Positions 11,272 through 27,404 of a DNA stretch of 64,000 nt are shown piece by piece. The position numbers were made by a program, and so were the translations under genes. Positions within the stretch are counted from its first letter, which is position 1. Every line of letters starts with the position of its first letter. Source of the DNA: the human T2T-CHM13v2.0 reference genome, Homo sapiens; NCBI RefSeq assembly GCF_009914755.1, contig NC_060929.1; one strand, written 5' to 3'. Below the pieces are notes generated by a model. It saw only the letters and a program-made list of their open reading frames with translations. It made no database searches and was not told the DNA's origin.

Positions 11272-13190
11272 ATCTCTACCAGATAGAATCTGTAAAAGTT
11301 GTCCTTCCCAAATAATTATTTTGATTTAAGAAGTGATATACCAAATATTCTGCTTGTCTACTTCTTAGATCTTGTGTTTAAACCATTTTGTTTATCCCTT
11401 CATCCTCAGGTAACTACACTTTCCGTGTACATTCTGCTGTCTTTCATGTGTGCAGGGGGCAAGGGTGCAGTCATGACATTTTATTCTTGGTGGAGCTGGG
11501 GCTCTGTTGCCTACAGAATACAAGCCATCATTCCAGTGTGCCAGAGAGAGAGTCTCAGTCTGCCCCTATTACCTGGTGTCTTATTTACAATGACTGCTTT
11601 CATTCTCAAGGCTTTTTAAAATTTGGTCAGTGAATTAAGAAGAGGCTTTTCTGTATTATATTCCTACCCTGAACTCAACTTGAAAATCAATTGCTTTGGG
11701 AAGGATTGTATATGAATGGTACAGAAGTGAGCAAACAAAAAAGACTGAGAGCCATTTTCTAAACATTGCCTTAGGGATCTCTTTCTGGAGATAATAATTT
11801 TTTTGAAGTTATTTACTTCGTTTGTTCAGATTCTGAAAAAGTAGGACTCTCAGACATTACTCAAGGAACATAATTAACCACTTTTCCATGAACAAATTCC
11901 TGTTGTTCACCTCTCCCCAGCTCGTTATGTAGAGCTGATCTTGTGAGAATCAGCTGAATCACAAATCAATGCCTGCCTTTTAGAGTGTCTGCTGGTGTGA
12001 CTTTCCATGTGGAGCTCATATTTGAAGACCTCATTTGCCTTCTCCATCTCCATTTATAATATTTCATCCCTGATGGGCTGTCGCTTGGGCCTCATGTGGA
12101 AATTGTAGCCACTGTGAAGGGTAACCACCTATCTCTCTGGTGCCCCCTATGCGCATCCCTACAAGTGAGCTGTGTATCACACCATGCTGCTTACATTTTT
12201 ATGCAACACGATTCAGTAACAGGCAGAAACTTTTATTCTTACTGACTCATATTCTTTATATTCATCTGAAAAGATTGACATTTAAAGGAGCCAATTGTAC
12301 AATGGGAAATCCACTGTGTGAATATTTCTTGTACATCAGAATTTGCCTTAAAAATGTTTTTAACTTAGAGCACATCTGTACTGTTCTCCCCAAATGTCCC
12401 ATTTACTAGTTCAGAGCAAGATGACATTAGGTCTTGGGTGACTCCTGACCCACTATCCTAATGTATATTTTCATTTCCTACCAATGTAAGTACCCCATCC
12501 AATTCTATCAATACCATAGTGTCTAAAATTCTTGTATTTTTCTTATTCAGGAAATGCTACAACCAGAGGAACAGTAATGTCTGCCTGACATATCAGAGAA
12601 AATGACAATTATGTCATCATCTGTCACTTAGGTTTCTTAATACCATCCTGTTACAAGGAATAGAGGCAAAAACTCAGCGTAGGAGGTGAGAAAAAACTGA
12701 GGCTGCCATCTTAACAGCCTTTTCATTGCAGAGTCTCAAAATGTACCAAAAGATGAAGTGGACAGTGTCCTTTTAAAACAACATACAGTGTAGAATACAG
12801 TAACTTATCCCCATTTAATTACTCCCTAGGTAGTGCCTAAGGATATACATTTTCAGCAAGGATCTCAGAAAAATGTGGGGCACATATTCTAAACACCTGC
12901 GAGTAGCAGAGACTTAAAAGTTGGGAGCAGTGCCAACTGATTGGTTATGGTGCCCTAGAGCACTGCGTTGATGAAAGAGATCCTCAGGCTGTGCACAGGA
13001 GCAGCAAGAAAGAGTGTAAATGATGACAACAATGATGGCTGAATTCAATGGCATCATAAAATGAATTCAGATTTTTTATATGATCCTCTATCCCAAGCAA
13101 TAGAGGCAAAAAAAAAAAGGCAGAAACCCTCTCCTAGAGTGGTAAATTAGGAAGTTCTGAGGCTTGCACCTGAAAAACTTTTCACTAAAG

Positions 13191-13426
13191 TAGTGATTCT
13201 CAACTGGGCGTAATTTTGCTCTACTCCTTCTCCCTGCAGAGGACATTTGGTAATTTCTGGAGACATTTTTGATTATCAGGATTCCAGCCAGGGTTGGGAG
13301 GTGATATCAGCAGCTAGTGGGTAGAGGCCGGGATGCTAGCATGCATCCTGCAATGCACAGGACAGTTCGCACTACAAAAAATTATCAGGTCCAATATTTC
13401 AATGGTGCTGAGGTTGAGAAACTCTG
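13191..13426. mobile_element. MER20 hAT DNA transposon fossil
   Basis: Ends ttctcaac...gttgagaaac; ggacatttgg...ggagacatttttg core. Confidence 0.8.
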
Positions 13427-14139
13427 CTCTAAGGCTCACTCAAGGCCTGGGCTAATGAAAAAAGCCAGAGAAGTCCTTCATTCCCAAGGCAATTCCTGTG
13501 TCCTTCAGTCAGCAGGAGACTGAACCCTTTCCTGTGATCCAGCAGTCAAATTTCATTTTCAAAACACAGAAGGGAACCTGGCAGATAGGTCACCATGGTA
13601 AGGAGAAGCAAGTCATGGCTGTAGCCGGACCTGGGACTAAGGCTTAGGGCCAGCACTCTGTGAAGTTCTGCCTTCATTGTTTAGCTCAGAAGCACCAGGT
13701 TACAAGATCCAGTAGAACCTGACCCTCAAATAATTTCTCCCTCTCCTTAAATAGGCATCCTGGAAGTGGACTAGAACTCTGAGCCAATCAGAAATTAACT
13801 GTTTTAGGTTATTCAGTTCTTTGATCTTGTGATACAGCACACAAAGTTTTTGGTAGATTCATAGTCTGACAAAGGGATTCTAGACAAAATTCTAGGTCTT
13901 AACTCCAGCTCTGTAACTTTTGAGTCTTTTGAACCTAGCCATAAATGACTCATATATAAAATAGGGCCTACCTCACTAGGCTAAAGGAGAAATTTTGTGC
14001 AACAACATTTTGAAAACTGAATCATGCAAGTGTAAACAGCATTTAAAAGGAAAATACTCAACATTCTTTCAACTGACGTGTAATGAGTACTCACCAGAGT
14101 TGAGATGTTCTGCTAAGCCAGGCCCTCTTTTAAAAATGT

Positions 14140-14325
14140 AATCTCAAACTTTATTAGGTCTCATAATCACCTGGAAGGCTTATTTAAATATTGGCGCCCA
14201 ACCCACAGAGTTTCTGATTTGTTATAATAGAGTTGAGGGGGGACGGGGCGTAAGAATCTGCATATCTAACAAGTTCCCAGGTGATGCTGATGCTGCTGAT
14301 CTGGGCACTACATTGTAGGAATCAA
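14140..14325. mobile_element. MER5-family hAT fossil
   Basis: aatcacctgga...gaatctgcatatctaacaagttcccaggtgatgctgatgctgctg. Confidence 0.75.
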
Positions 14326-14419
14326 TTGGCTCTAAAACCTTCTCTACCTTCCACTTCTACATGAGCATAGATAATCTTGTAGCTGAGTCAGCTTGGAAAT
14401 CTATGCAGACTAAAGTAGA

Positions 14420-14580
14420 CAGTTGCATGTCTGGCTGCTCATCTGAATCACCTGTGGAATTTGTTGTTTTTAATACAGATACCTGGCTCTCCTACAAGTC
14501 CCACTGAATTGGAGTTTCAGGAGACCGAAGCCCAGGCACATGTATTTTGCAAAACTACACTGAAGTTTCTGATAATGACG
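14420..14580. mobile_element. Degraded MER5A-like hAT fossil hosting the alternative STK32A exon
   Basis: gaatcacctgtggaa...aatacagatacctgg...cccaggcacatgtatttt. Confidence 0.55.
14479..14507 (+). CDS. STK32A: Alternative terminal exon of STK32A, short isoform ending ...DEH-DTWLSYKSH*
   Basis: ttgtttttaatacag acceptor, phase-1 compatible with exon 8790-8827, TGA at 14505-14507, ATTAAA at 14591. Matches my recollection of a short STK32A isoform. Confidence 0.7.
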
Positions 14581-15613
14581 GATATCAACAATTAAACGCT
14601 TACTTCTTGCCAAATGCTGTGCTAAGTCTCCTGTAATCATTCTTTCATTTAATATTTCTAATAACCTCTTGAGAAGACTATGATTATCTTTCCAACTTTA
14701 CAGAGAGGATAAGTGACGTTTTCAAGGTAACACAGCTAGTTAGTGGTAGAACCTAGACTTGAAGCCAAGCAGTCTGACTCCAAGAAACAGGCTCTTCACC
14801 ACAGTCTCCAGACTCACCTGATTTGTATTAAACTTTGTGAATCACTGATCCAACACTATGAGCAGGACCCATGGGGAGAAAGAGAAAAAGAAAAAACAGA
14901 GACAACCTACGCTATGATAAAGTTATTGAAATCAGGCATTGGTGCCACTCCAGCAAGAATGAGTGGCTACCTTTTTTTTAGATGAGTGCTACCTTTACTT
15001 TACTGAAATATCATGACATAAACAAAGCCAAAACACTTTCTGCACAAAATAAAATCCTGGTGATAAAGGCAGTGGGATTTATGCTTAGCAGCAGGCTGGA
15101 TACTATCAGGGAGCAGACAAAGAAGTTTGATACAGGGCTTGTGGACTGTGGGCCCTGGAAGAATCTGATGACATGCCCTCCAGTTACAGCTGTATCTCAT
15201 CAAAACCACAGACACATGTAAATGGAAATGCCAACACTTCAAGATTCTCTGAAAGCAGTTGACTGTCATGCCAACAGCTAACATAATAGGCTTGTTTGCC
15301 TGAGCTTTTGGCACGGCCCTTTTGTTCCCTTTAGCTGTAAATGCAGGGACCCTAGAGCACCTCATAGAGTGTGTTCCCTGCCACGTATAAGTATTAGACC
15401 CACACTATATTGCTTTGAGTGTTAAAGCTGAAAGAGACCCTAGAGATCATTTAGTCTACTCCTTCTTTTTTTATGTGAAGGAAAATTTAGATCCACCTTG
15501 GAAAAGGACTTAGAGTCTACTATGTGTTAGAGGCTGAGTTCAAGGCAGAACCCAGGCCTCCTGGCTCCCAGTCTAGTGCTCTTTATAGAATCCCTTTAAA
15601 AATGAAGTTGACT

Positions 15614-15910
<297 letters not shown>

Positions 15911-16145
15911 TTAAATTTAAAAAAAACCTAAAGTTAAACCCCGCCCCCCACCCACCGCCCCCCGCTATCCCTTGATAACAGTTATTTTGCTGGGAACTGA
16001 TGAGGCCAACCTGAATTATCAGACAAAAAATATGTACAAAAATATTTTAGAAAAACTTGAAGAAAAGGGATGCTTTCTTGGCTAGGAAATAAATATTTGT
16101 ATCCATATTCATGCCAGTTTTGTAGTAATAATATTTGCCTCTTAC

Positions 16146-16533
<388 letters not shown>

Positions 16534-16808
16534 TAGTATTCATAGGCTAAAGTAACTTAAAATGTCACCAACAGACAAAAGATGCCTAACTAGAATTACC
16601 TGACCACAAATTCTTAACTACTAAGGGTAAAACTTTCTGAGGCTGAACTACAGGCTTACAATCAGAGACTAATCATTGCATATCATGAAATGGAGAATTG
16701 TTGGTTTAAGACCATATCGGCCTTGAGGATGGACTGCAACTGGCCTACAAGAATTAACAGACTAATTGGGTGTTTTCAGTTAAAAGCATGATTGTGCCAC
16801 TGGGTTGA

Positions 16809-16976
<168 letters not shown>

Positions 16977-17350
16977 TAAATACCATTTATTACAGGTGGA
17001 ATCATCTGTGGGGATTTGCAGCTAGAACTGGTAAGTTCCTCTCTGACTTTACCTGTGGAGCTTCTGATTTCATGGGTCTTCTCCACTAGCAAGCACCCAA
17101 GATGACTTTGATAGGAAAGGACCATTGATTACATTTTGAAAACTTACTTCGTGTGTCAAGGAAGACCGTTTGTACCCACTTCCTAACAAAAATATTAACT
17201 AATTCAATAAATACCTACTAACTGTCTCTGTGTGCTTAGCACTGTTTCAGATGCCGGTGACCCTGTAGAAAGCAACACAGACAAGGTCTTCAGATCCTGG
17301 AGCTTACATTCTAGTGGGAGCAGATTTATAAAAAAAAAAGAACCAAACAA

Positions 17351-17719
<369 letters not shown>

Positions 17720-17849
17720 TTACATAATACTGCATTACATACATAGAGCTATAAACTTTACAAAATACATTCCCAGCTATAATTTTAGATTTACTTGTAG
17801 TGCCACAACAATCCCATGAATTCTTCTGTTTAAAGATAAGGAAATTCTG

Positions 17850-18026
17850 GAGCTGGATGGTGGCATGCATCTGTGGTCCCAGCTGCTTTGGAAGCCAAGG
17901 CAGGAGCATTGCTCGAGTCCAGGAGTTGGAGGCTGCAGTGAGCTATGATCATGCCACTGTACTCCAGCCTGAGTGATAAAGTGAGACTCTGTCTCTAAAA
18001 ACAAATAAATTATTTTTAAAAATAAA
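17850..18026 (+). mobile_element. FRAM/AluJ right monomer
   Basis: Monomer; TSD taaagataaggaaattctg / taaaggtgaggaaattctg. Confidence 0.85.
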
Positions 18027-19263
18027 TAAAGGTGAGGAAATTCTGCCTCAGAAAGTTTAAATGTCTTTGCATTATTTTGTGTGTAGCGAGGTGAGGAACT
18101 GGTTTTTGCCTTGACAATTCAGCATTTACTAAGGGGTGACCAAAAAGAGAGTGTTAGATGCAAAATTGTCAGTTGGTTTCACGTATAGTTGTGGTAACAA
18201 ATCAACTACAAAAACTCTAAGTTCACCTGTTGGGAGCAGCCATCTATATAGACACCAGAACTAGTTGTTAGCAGAACCAGCTTTACTTCCCGTCCAGCCT
18301 CAACAATGCAAGGAGAGAGCTAGTGTCCTCGAGGGGGCACACAGTATTCAGAAAGAGGGAGTTCTCCCTCCCTTTTCCCTGTGGTTGCTCCTAAGGCAAG
18401 TGAGTCAGATCTCAAGAGAATTATCTGTAAACTCTTAGAGTGACTGCAAGAAAAGATACCTGGAATTTAATTCTTGATTAGATATCTGTGTAGTTACTGG
18501 ACTTGTGACTGGTCCTGGAGTTAACACAGCCTGGTTGGCCATGGAAGTTTGATGAGTTTGGGGGCTAGTCTTTCTGGGGATCATAGCAGCAGGAGACAGG
18601 TATGCAGTGAATGTGATTTGTCTTGGGGAGAAGGGAGGTGGATTAGCTACAGGCTGTGATCCACCTTCACATGGGACCCTCCAATGACCAAGAATATAGC
18701 CTGGAAGGGAGGGAGGCTCCTGTCAGTGTGACTTCCTGAAAACACCACAAGTCCCAATAGAGCTCAACATATCAGAATCACTGAGAGTGGAGTCTAGGCA
18801 TAGTGTGATTTAAAGCTCTTAGCGTAATTCCTCCGTGTAGCTAGGAGTCACAACTTCCACCACAGACCCCTAAAGAGAGATTACTCTGCAGGGTAGCACA
18901 TGTGTGAGGACCCCTCTGCCTCGACTACCCTTCTTTCATGTCCTAAAACAAATAGTGCTTTCTAGGAAAAGATAGAAGGACGTGTGTGAGAGCCAGATCA
19001 ATCCTCCACCTCCATACCGGGGTGGCTGAAACCAGCCCAGCAGGGTGAGTGAAGGAGCTTTGAATCAGATATAAGAATAGTTTTAAAATTCACAGAACTG
19101 AATTGTAAAGCATCTAAAGTAAATGTAATAAGCAAATAGGACTAAAACTTATTAGGCAACAGACTGAGATATCATTAGGCGAGCTCCTTATCCAGCAAAA
19201 ACAGGAAGTTAGACACTGCACAGTTGCTGTCAAATGACAGAAGACTAAAAACTACTCATGCTT

Positions 19264-19581
<318 letters not shown>

Positions 19582-21176
19582 TCATGCTTTACCCTAATTA
19601 GTTAAGATGCTTAAAGCAGGTGATGTGGTGATGTTGCTGTTTAAACTGGTGGGATTAAGTCGGGTGGAATGAATTGTTTCAGCTAGATATGGTCAGAGTA
19701 ATTCAAAGGTAAAATATTTCAACTTGAAATCAAGGACAAGAGCAATGCCATTTTCTTTTAATATTTCATTCTCTTCCCCCATGTAACTAGAGAGAGAGAG
19801 AGAGAGAGGAAAAGAGAACCCCCTACATGCAGAGCCACCTCACTTTCCAACAGAAATCTTCTATGAGAAAAAAAAATGAGCCTTATTTTCTATGATATTT
19901 GAACAACTGCAAATTTCATGGCTTTCAATTACCAGTGGGGGGAATAAATCTCTTTTGTCACTTCTAAAATAATGGACATATATAATTCAGCCTATTTTCT
20001 GCCTAAAACCTATGGTACTCAAATGATAAAAAAGCATATCCAAGCCTGCTGCTCTGATGAGTTTATTCTCCAGGTTTCCTGGGTTTCCATATTAAGGGCT
20101 ATTTTCTTGGAACCAAATCAGAAAATGTGCATCTGGGTTTCCAGGGTTGGTTTCCATGGTGAGAGAAGTACGGGGAGGCCACCTTTCTTTCCTCTCCCCA
20201 GTGGTTTTAAGTACAATATCTGTATAATGTAATTTTTTCAAAGTTGGCATTTCTAGTCTTCTCACAAGATAGAACTGGGAAATTGGAACCTAGGAAAAAT
20301 TCTGTGCACCTTCCACTTTTACCCTTGTAATTAACAATGACTAATATTTCTTGAAATCTTTCCCTGGACCAGACAAGGTGTTAAATGTTTTACATTCATT
20401 TATTTGTTTATTTTTCTCAGCAGCCCCATGGGGTGGACTATACTTATCACTACTTTATAATGAGAAAAATCAGAAGCTAAATAATTTGGCCGAGATCACA
20501 TGGCTAATAATTGAAAAGTCTAGATTTAAATCAAGCTCTGTCTGATTTCAGAAATCAAGCTTTTTCTTAAAAGGAAGATTAATGAGAAATAAAAATATAT
20601 ATTTGTAAATATTTTTATCTGTGGTTTTTAAATGGTTCTAAGTCAACTTAGTTAGGCTAACATATTCGAAATGTTTCTTGCCTTATTCCAAAATGATTAT
20701 GTGATTGCCACACTCCTCCTTTTGGATAGGAGTCTTTCCCAGACGTATTGTGGGTAGAAGTCTGCTGTCTCTTTTTAAAAATTATGCTCCCAATGGTTTG
20801 GTAAAATCTACCAAATCTATCAGCACCCATTTTATAGTGCTTTCATAGGATACTAAGTAGCAATTCACCAGAAAGAACAAAAAGAATTCTAAAAAGAAAG
20901 AAAACTAACCAAAATACTGAATGAAGATTGGAGAAATATTCATCTACTAATACAAGATGCTGAGCATATTTTAAATCAGTTCCATAGCTCTGTAAATAAT
21001 AAGACAGTATGCCAGTTCTTCACCACCTTCCATCAAGCAAGGAAGTTTTGCTTTTTACAATTTATTGTCCTCTACCTCTGTGCTCCCTCTGGTCCCTCCA
21101 TTATTCCTTCTCTCTTCTCCTTTGTCTGTATGAATATAATCCAGATTACTTAGAGTTAACCAATTAAAACCTTCTC

Positions 21177-21613
<437 letters not shown>

Positions 21614-22438
21614 CTAGCAAGCAAAAGGAAAGTAATAATCCCTTTGCCAATAGATATTTATGGTTTATTTCCAGACATTTTTTCCTAAGCACAAACACAT
21701 ACTGTTTACATTTTTTAAATATTCGATCATGCTAAATGTAACCTAAATTTTCATTTTATAATGTAACAATAATGATAGCATCATATAGTGAACATTTATT
21801 GTTCCAAGCACTTTGCTAAGTTTTTAACATTTATTATTAAACTCTCAACCCCATAAAATAGGTTTTACTATTGTTTAGATTTTACAAGTTAAAAAAAAAT
21901 CAGGCCCAGAGAGAGAGAAAGTGATGTGTTCATAATCACACAGCCAGTGATTGGCAGAGCATGAAATTAAACCCAAGTCTAGAAACATGCCGTGCCTGAG
22001 ACATGGACGATGATGTGACAATGATGAAGGTAGAATGTCTGACATTGCTAAGCTCTTCCTAAATGTTAAGCACTGTTGTAACTGCATGCATTGTCATTTA
22101 AACTAAAAACAGTTCTGTGAGGCCACTACTATCGTTACAGTTTTATTATTGCATAATATATTAACATATAATTAATGTAGTATATTGTATATATAGTACT
22201 ATTGTTATAGTATATATTGTTCTCACTTCAGAAATTAGCAGACTGAAAGGTTAAGAAACTTGTTGACTGTGAAGCTGGAGACAGTCATAGGGGTCTGATG
22301 CCAGAGCCCTAACTCTTAACATGCTGCAGTACTGTCCCTTTGTTCATGTCAATAAACATGCCTCTGCTAAAATAGAAACCCACTTCTCTTAATCAATTTT
22401 TTATTGTTGAATGTTAGGTTGTTTCTCATTTTGAAATA

Positions 22439-22655
22439 CAGATAGAGCATCCCAAATCCAAAATGCTCCAAAATCCAAAACATTTTGAACACCAACATGA
22501 CACTCAAAGGAAATGCTCATTGAAGTATTTTGGATTGATTTGGGGATTTGGGATGGCCAACCAGTATAGTGCAAATATTTCAAAATCTGAAAAAAAAAAT
22601 TGAAATGCAGAACACTTCTGGTCCCAAGTATTTCAAATAGGGGATACTCAACCTG
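22439..22655. mobile_element. Tigger4a/MER46-like DNA transposon fossil
   Basis: TA-flanked, with terminal inverted repeats cagatagagcatccc...gggatactcaacctg. Confidence 0.8.
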
Positions 22656-22739
22656 TACATTTAAATTTGTAGTAAAAATCCTGTTAGCAGAATTATGTCC
22701 TGGAACTTAGTTATTTCTTTGTGATAAATTTTCATTCAA

Positions 22740-24880
22740 TAATAATAGTGTATTCTCTTACTGAAAATCACTCAAAGAAAATTTTGTGTTCTCACCACAG
22801 AAAACAGTAATGTGGGTAATGTGAGGTAAGGCACATGTTAATTAGCTCTATTCAGCCATTCTAAAATGTATTTATTTCAAAAAATAGTGTCATATACAAT
22901 ATATGCAATTTTTACTTCTTAATTAAAATTAATTAATTTGATTAATTAAAAGAGCAAAAGAATTTCTGGTCAAAGCCTTTACATGTTAATAGATTTCTGT
23001 TCTGAAAATTCATATTAACTTGTACTTGCTCTGGAAGTGTCTGAAGATATTCATTTCCCTGCATTCTTATCAGTGCTACACTATCAATATCTTTAATTGT
23101 CCCAAAAAAGGTAGGTAAAAATGATATGACATTATGATATTACCACAGTATTTCTTTGACTTCTTTTGTCAATTGCCTGTTCAAATTCTTTGCTCATTTT
23201 CTATTAAGGTGTTAATACTTTTATCCTATTCCAATAGTTCTTATTGATTATATAAATAATTCTTGCCTTTTATATATTTGGAATATGAAATCCTAGGGTA
23301 TCATATTTGTTGTACATTTCATTACAAATATAATTTCTCATTTTTAATTTGTTGCTGTTTTATGGCCTAGTTTTGACATGAAAAGCTTGCTAAAAATATT
23401 ATCAAGCCACTCATCTTTTTACTTTGCTTTCTAACTTTGATGCTTTTCTTAGCAAGACCTTCTTACCAGATTTTAGATGTGTTTGCTTAATATTTTTATT
23501 CTGATTATGGTTTCATTTTTTTACTTAACTCAGTTGTATATTATTTTGACTGAACGGATGTGGCAAGGATCTGACTTTATTTTTGTATGATTATTAAATA
23601 ATTGTTTTGAGACTATGTATTAAATAAGTCCCTTTCCATGCTGATTTGAAATATGTTCATCATAAACTAAATACATTTTTGTGCTAATATCTATATTCTG
23701 TAGATTTCAAATCTTGTAGCTTTATAGGTTAATACATGGGATGCGGGACTCTTTCTTTATTCTTTTCCAAAAATATTACTTCCACAATTTTTTTCTTGTA
23801 GATGAAATTTAGAATCATTTTTGTAAAGTTCCATGAATTAATCCCATTAAATGTATAGATTAGTGTTGGGTCCCTTTCTTTATGTCCTGACCAAAATTTA
23901 ATACCCACGTTTAAAAAAATCTGAAAACCAAATGATGGAAATCCAAATATTTAATAAATATATTAAAATGTAGTCAAGCTTATTAGTAAACAAGACAATG
24001 CCAATTTAAACCACAGTGAAATACTATTACACACTCACCAGATTGGCAATAAAGGGTCAGTTATTGCCAAGTGTGGGTAAGGATGTTCAACAAAAGGAAC
24101 CCTGATCTAATACTGGTCATAGTGTGAATTTATACAACACTTTGGTAAATAGTTTGGAGTTCTGTGGTACACAGAAAAGTTACACATTCTTATCACCAAC
24201 AGTTCCCCTGCCAGGAATACACTCTAAAGAGATATGCACTTATAGGAATCTCACATGTATAGGAACGTTCATGACAGCATTGTTCACAATAGTCCCAAAC
24301 TGAAAATAACCCAAATGGCTATCAACAATGGGATAGGTAGGTAAATTACAGTATATTCATATAGCACTAAAAGTGAACAAACTTAACTACATGTAGCAAC
24401 TTGGATAAATCTTATACACATACCATTGAGTAAGAAAAGTAAGACACCAAAGAATACAAGGAATACGATTTGATTTAATAGGATTTAATTTAATGGAATT
24501 TAATAGAATACAAGGCATAGATTTTTTTTTGCTTTGTTAGTGTTTCCTTTATTATAAAGCACTGAAATAAATAAATAGGTAGCTAGCCAATTTATCCACA
24601 GTTTCTGGGAGCTATATAAGATAGGCAAAGCTAAACTATTGTCTAAAAATATGTACATAGATATTGATCTATATAGAAAAACAAGAAAATTATTAACATA
24701 AAATTTAGCACAGTGACTTCTAGGGTTATGAACAGAACAGGACACAGTGATGGGGACAAGATTCTATTTCTTGACCTGTATCATGTTTATGTGGACATTT
24801 GCTTATAACTGTTTGCTAATTCTGCAGTGTTTTATTTACTTTTCTGAATATATGTATAGAAATACATAATGAGCAATACC
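22740..24880. mobile_element. Old L1M fragments in both orientations
   Basis: L1 3'-end motifs (ttctcaccacag; acactcaccagattggc; gcattgttcacaatagtcccaaactg). Confidence 0.6.
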
Positions 24881-25951
24881 AAACAAAATACTCAGTGGCT
24901 TTTTTGAAGGACACTTAGCCCTTCTCTGACTCTCTTAGTACTCTCTTAGGTGCAGGGAATCTTCTGGAAGGGTTGGTGAAAGCCCTTCAATATCTTCCTG
25001 CTCTGGTTTCTCAGCTATTTGAGGGCTCAAATAATTACTCGTCTGTTATGTTTTTGTATGTTGTCATAAGGTTTCTTCTTAATGTTCCACCAAAATGCTT
25101 CAGTGCCTTGCATACCATGAATATTTTCTGAATGAATAAATGTGTATTAAAATGTTTTAATGCCTGAAAATAGACCAGGTAGAAGAGGATGAAAAAGAAT
25201 ACTGGATAAATAAAGCTGGAAGAAAGAAAGAAAGTGAAAAGAATACTCATGTAAACCCCAAGGATAATCCAATATGACAGATACATAACTTGTATAGAGT
25301 AATGTTTATTCTATTAGGCATTTTCTTAGCACAGTGGCTCTGATTATCCCTCAAAGTTCTTTGTAGCTTCTCTGAGTGACGTGTCTGTCACCCATCACCT
25401 GGGGACTATCTGATATGACTTGTTGTGAGATACTGAGAAGGGAGAGCAGAAATATAGTCCATCCTGTCTGTGGGAGTAGTGTGGGGTCAGGGCCATTACC
25501 TCCCAAATTGCACTGGGGGCTGTGACTTGCAGAAAGGATGCAGTGATTCATGAAAGGTGAATGCACTAGGGAAATAGCCCTCCTTATTCCTGCTGCATCA
25601 AGCTCTTATAGTCAGGGCCAGTCCCGGGCATTGGGATGTAAACACTCTACCTCTCTAGTTGGATGTTGTTCACAGGATTTTACTTAAAAAGAACATGAGT
25701 GCACTGGGTAGGGAAAACCTGTGTGTGCAGGACCCATGTCATACCAGTTTCCTTTGCCCAGAGCCAGCACTTTATACAGGAGGCTTGGGATCAACCATAC
25801 AAATCTTTCAACTAGGTCAATTATTATGAATGTTTGCCTCTCTAGAAGCCTACCCAATGTTTCTGAGCACTTTATAAGTGCTAGGCACCATACTGAGATT
25901 TTGACATGGATTATCACTGTTAATTTCTAACTCTATAAAGATTGCCTTATT

Positions 25952-26311
<360 letters not shown>

Positions 26312-27257
26312 TTATTGTTCTGCTTTTGCTGTTTCTCAGGCTCTGCCAACTTGCTCAAGGTCACAGTAAGTGGTGAAGGTAGAATTTGAACCCAGAGAGC
26401 ACAGCTCCAGAGCTAATGATCACAACTATTGCTTGAGCAATTGATTTGTTCATTCATTCAACAAATTTCTCTCCAGTGATTCTGAATGCCAGATTCTGTA
26501 TTAGACAGTAGGAATATGGTGGTGAGCATGCAGAAGCATTCCCTGCCTTTGCTTTGTGCTTCATTCTCCCTATTACATCCCTCAGGAGTTAGGTTTATTC
26601 TTAGAAGGGTAAGTAAAAGGTTCATAGTGTGTCAAAGTGCTTAGAGAATGCATAACTTGGGGTCCTCTCTGGGGGTAAAATTGACTGTAGCTCTGCCTTC
26701 CACTGGAATCAATTGAAAGAACTACAGTTACAAAGTGTAAAGAACCCACAGCTGTTGTAAAACCTTACACTCTCCAGAATGCTTGCTCCCTCTTTTCTCC
26801 CTCCCTCATCCCCAACAGATGGCTGCAAGTGCTTCCCTTGCTGCTTCCAGGTGACTCTGAGATAGAGAGATTATCCAATGTATGCTGTACCAAATTCTGC
26901 ACGTTGTCTGCGACTGTTATAGAAATTTAGATCCTTTAGTTGAAACCTTCCCAATCAAAACAAATAACATCTTCTTAGCCTTCTTGATTTCAGGGTGAGC
27001 CACATATTTGAGGCCCAATAGGACCCAAATTTTAATCGGTGCATGATCTAAATAAGCGAAGAGTTTATCCATGAAGGCCTATGCATGCCTGTGTGTGTTG
27101 ACTGATGAATGAGGCTACTGAGAGAGATTAGAAAATTAGAAATGTTTGCCTGCTGTGAGCAATCTAGCAACGGATGATAAACATCCATAAAAGTGTTTAT
27201 ATTTTTGATCCTGGTAATTCTCCTTTGGAGGAACATGTTGAGAAAATATAATACTAA

Positions 27258-27404
<147 letters not shown>

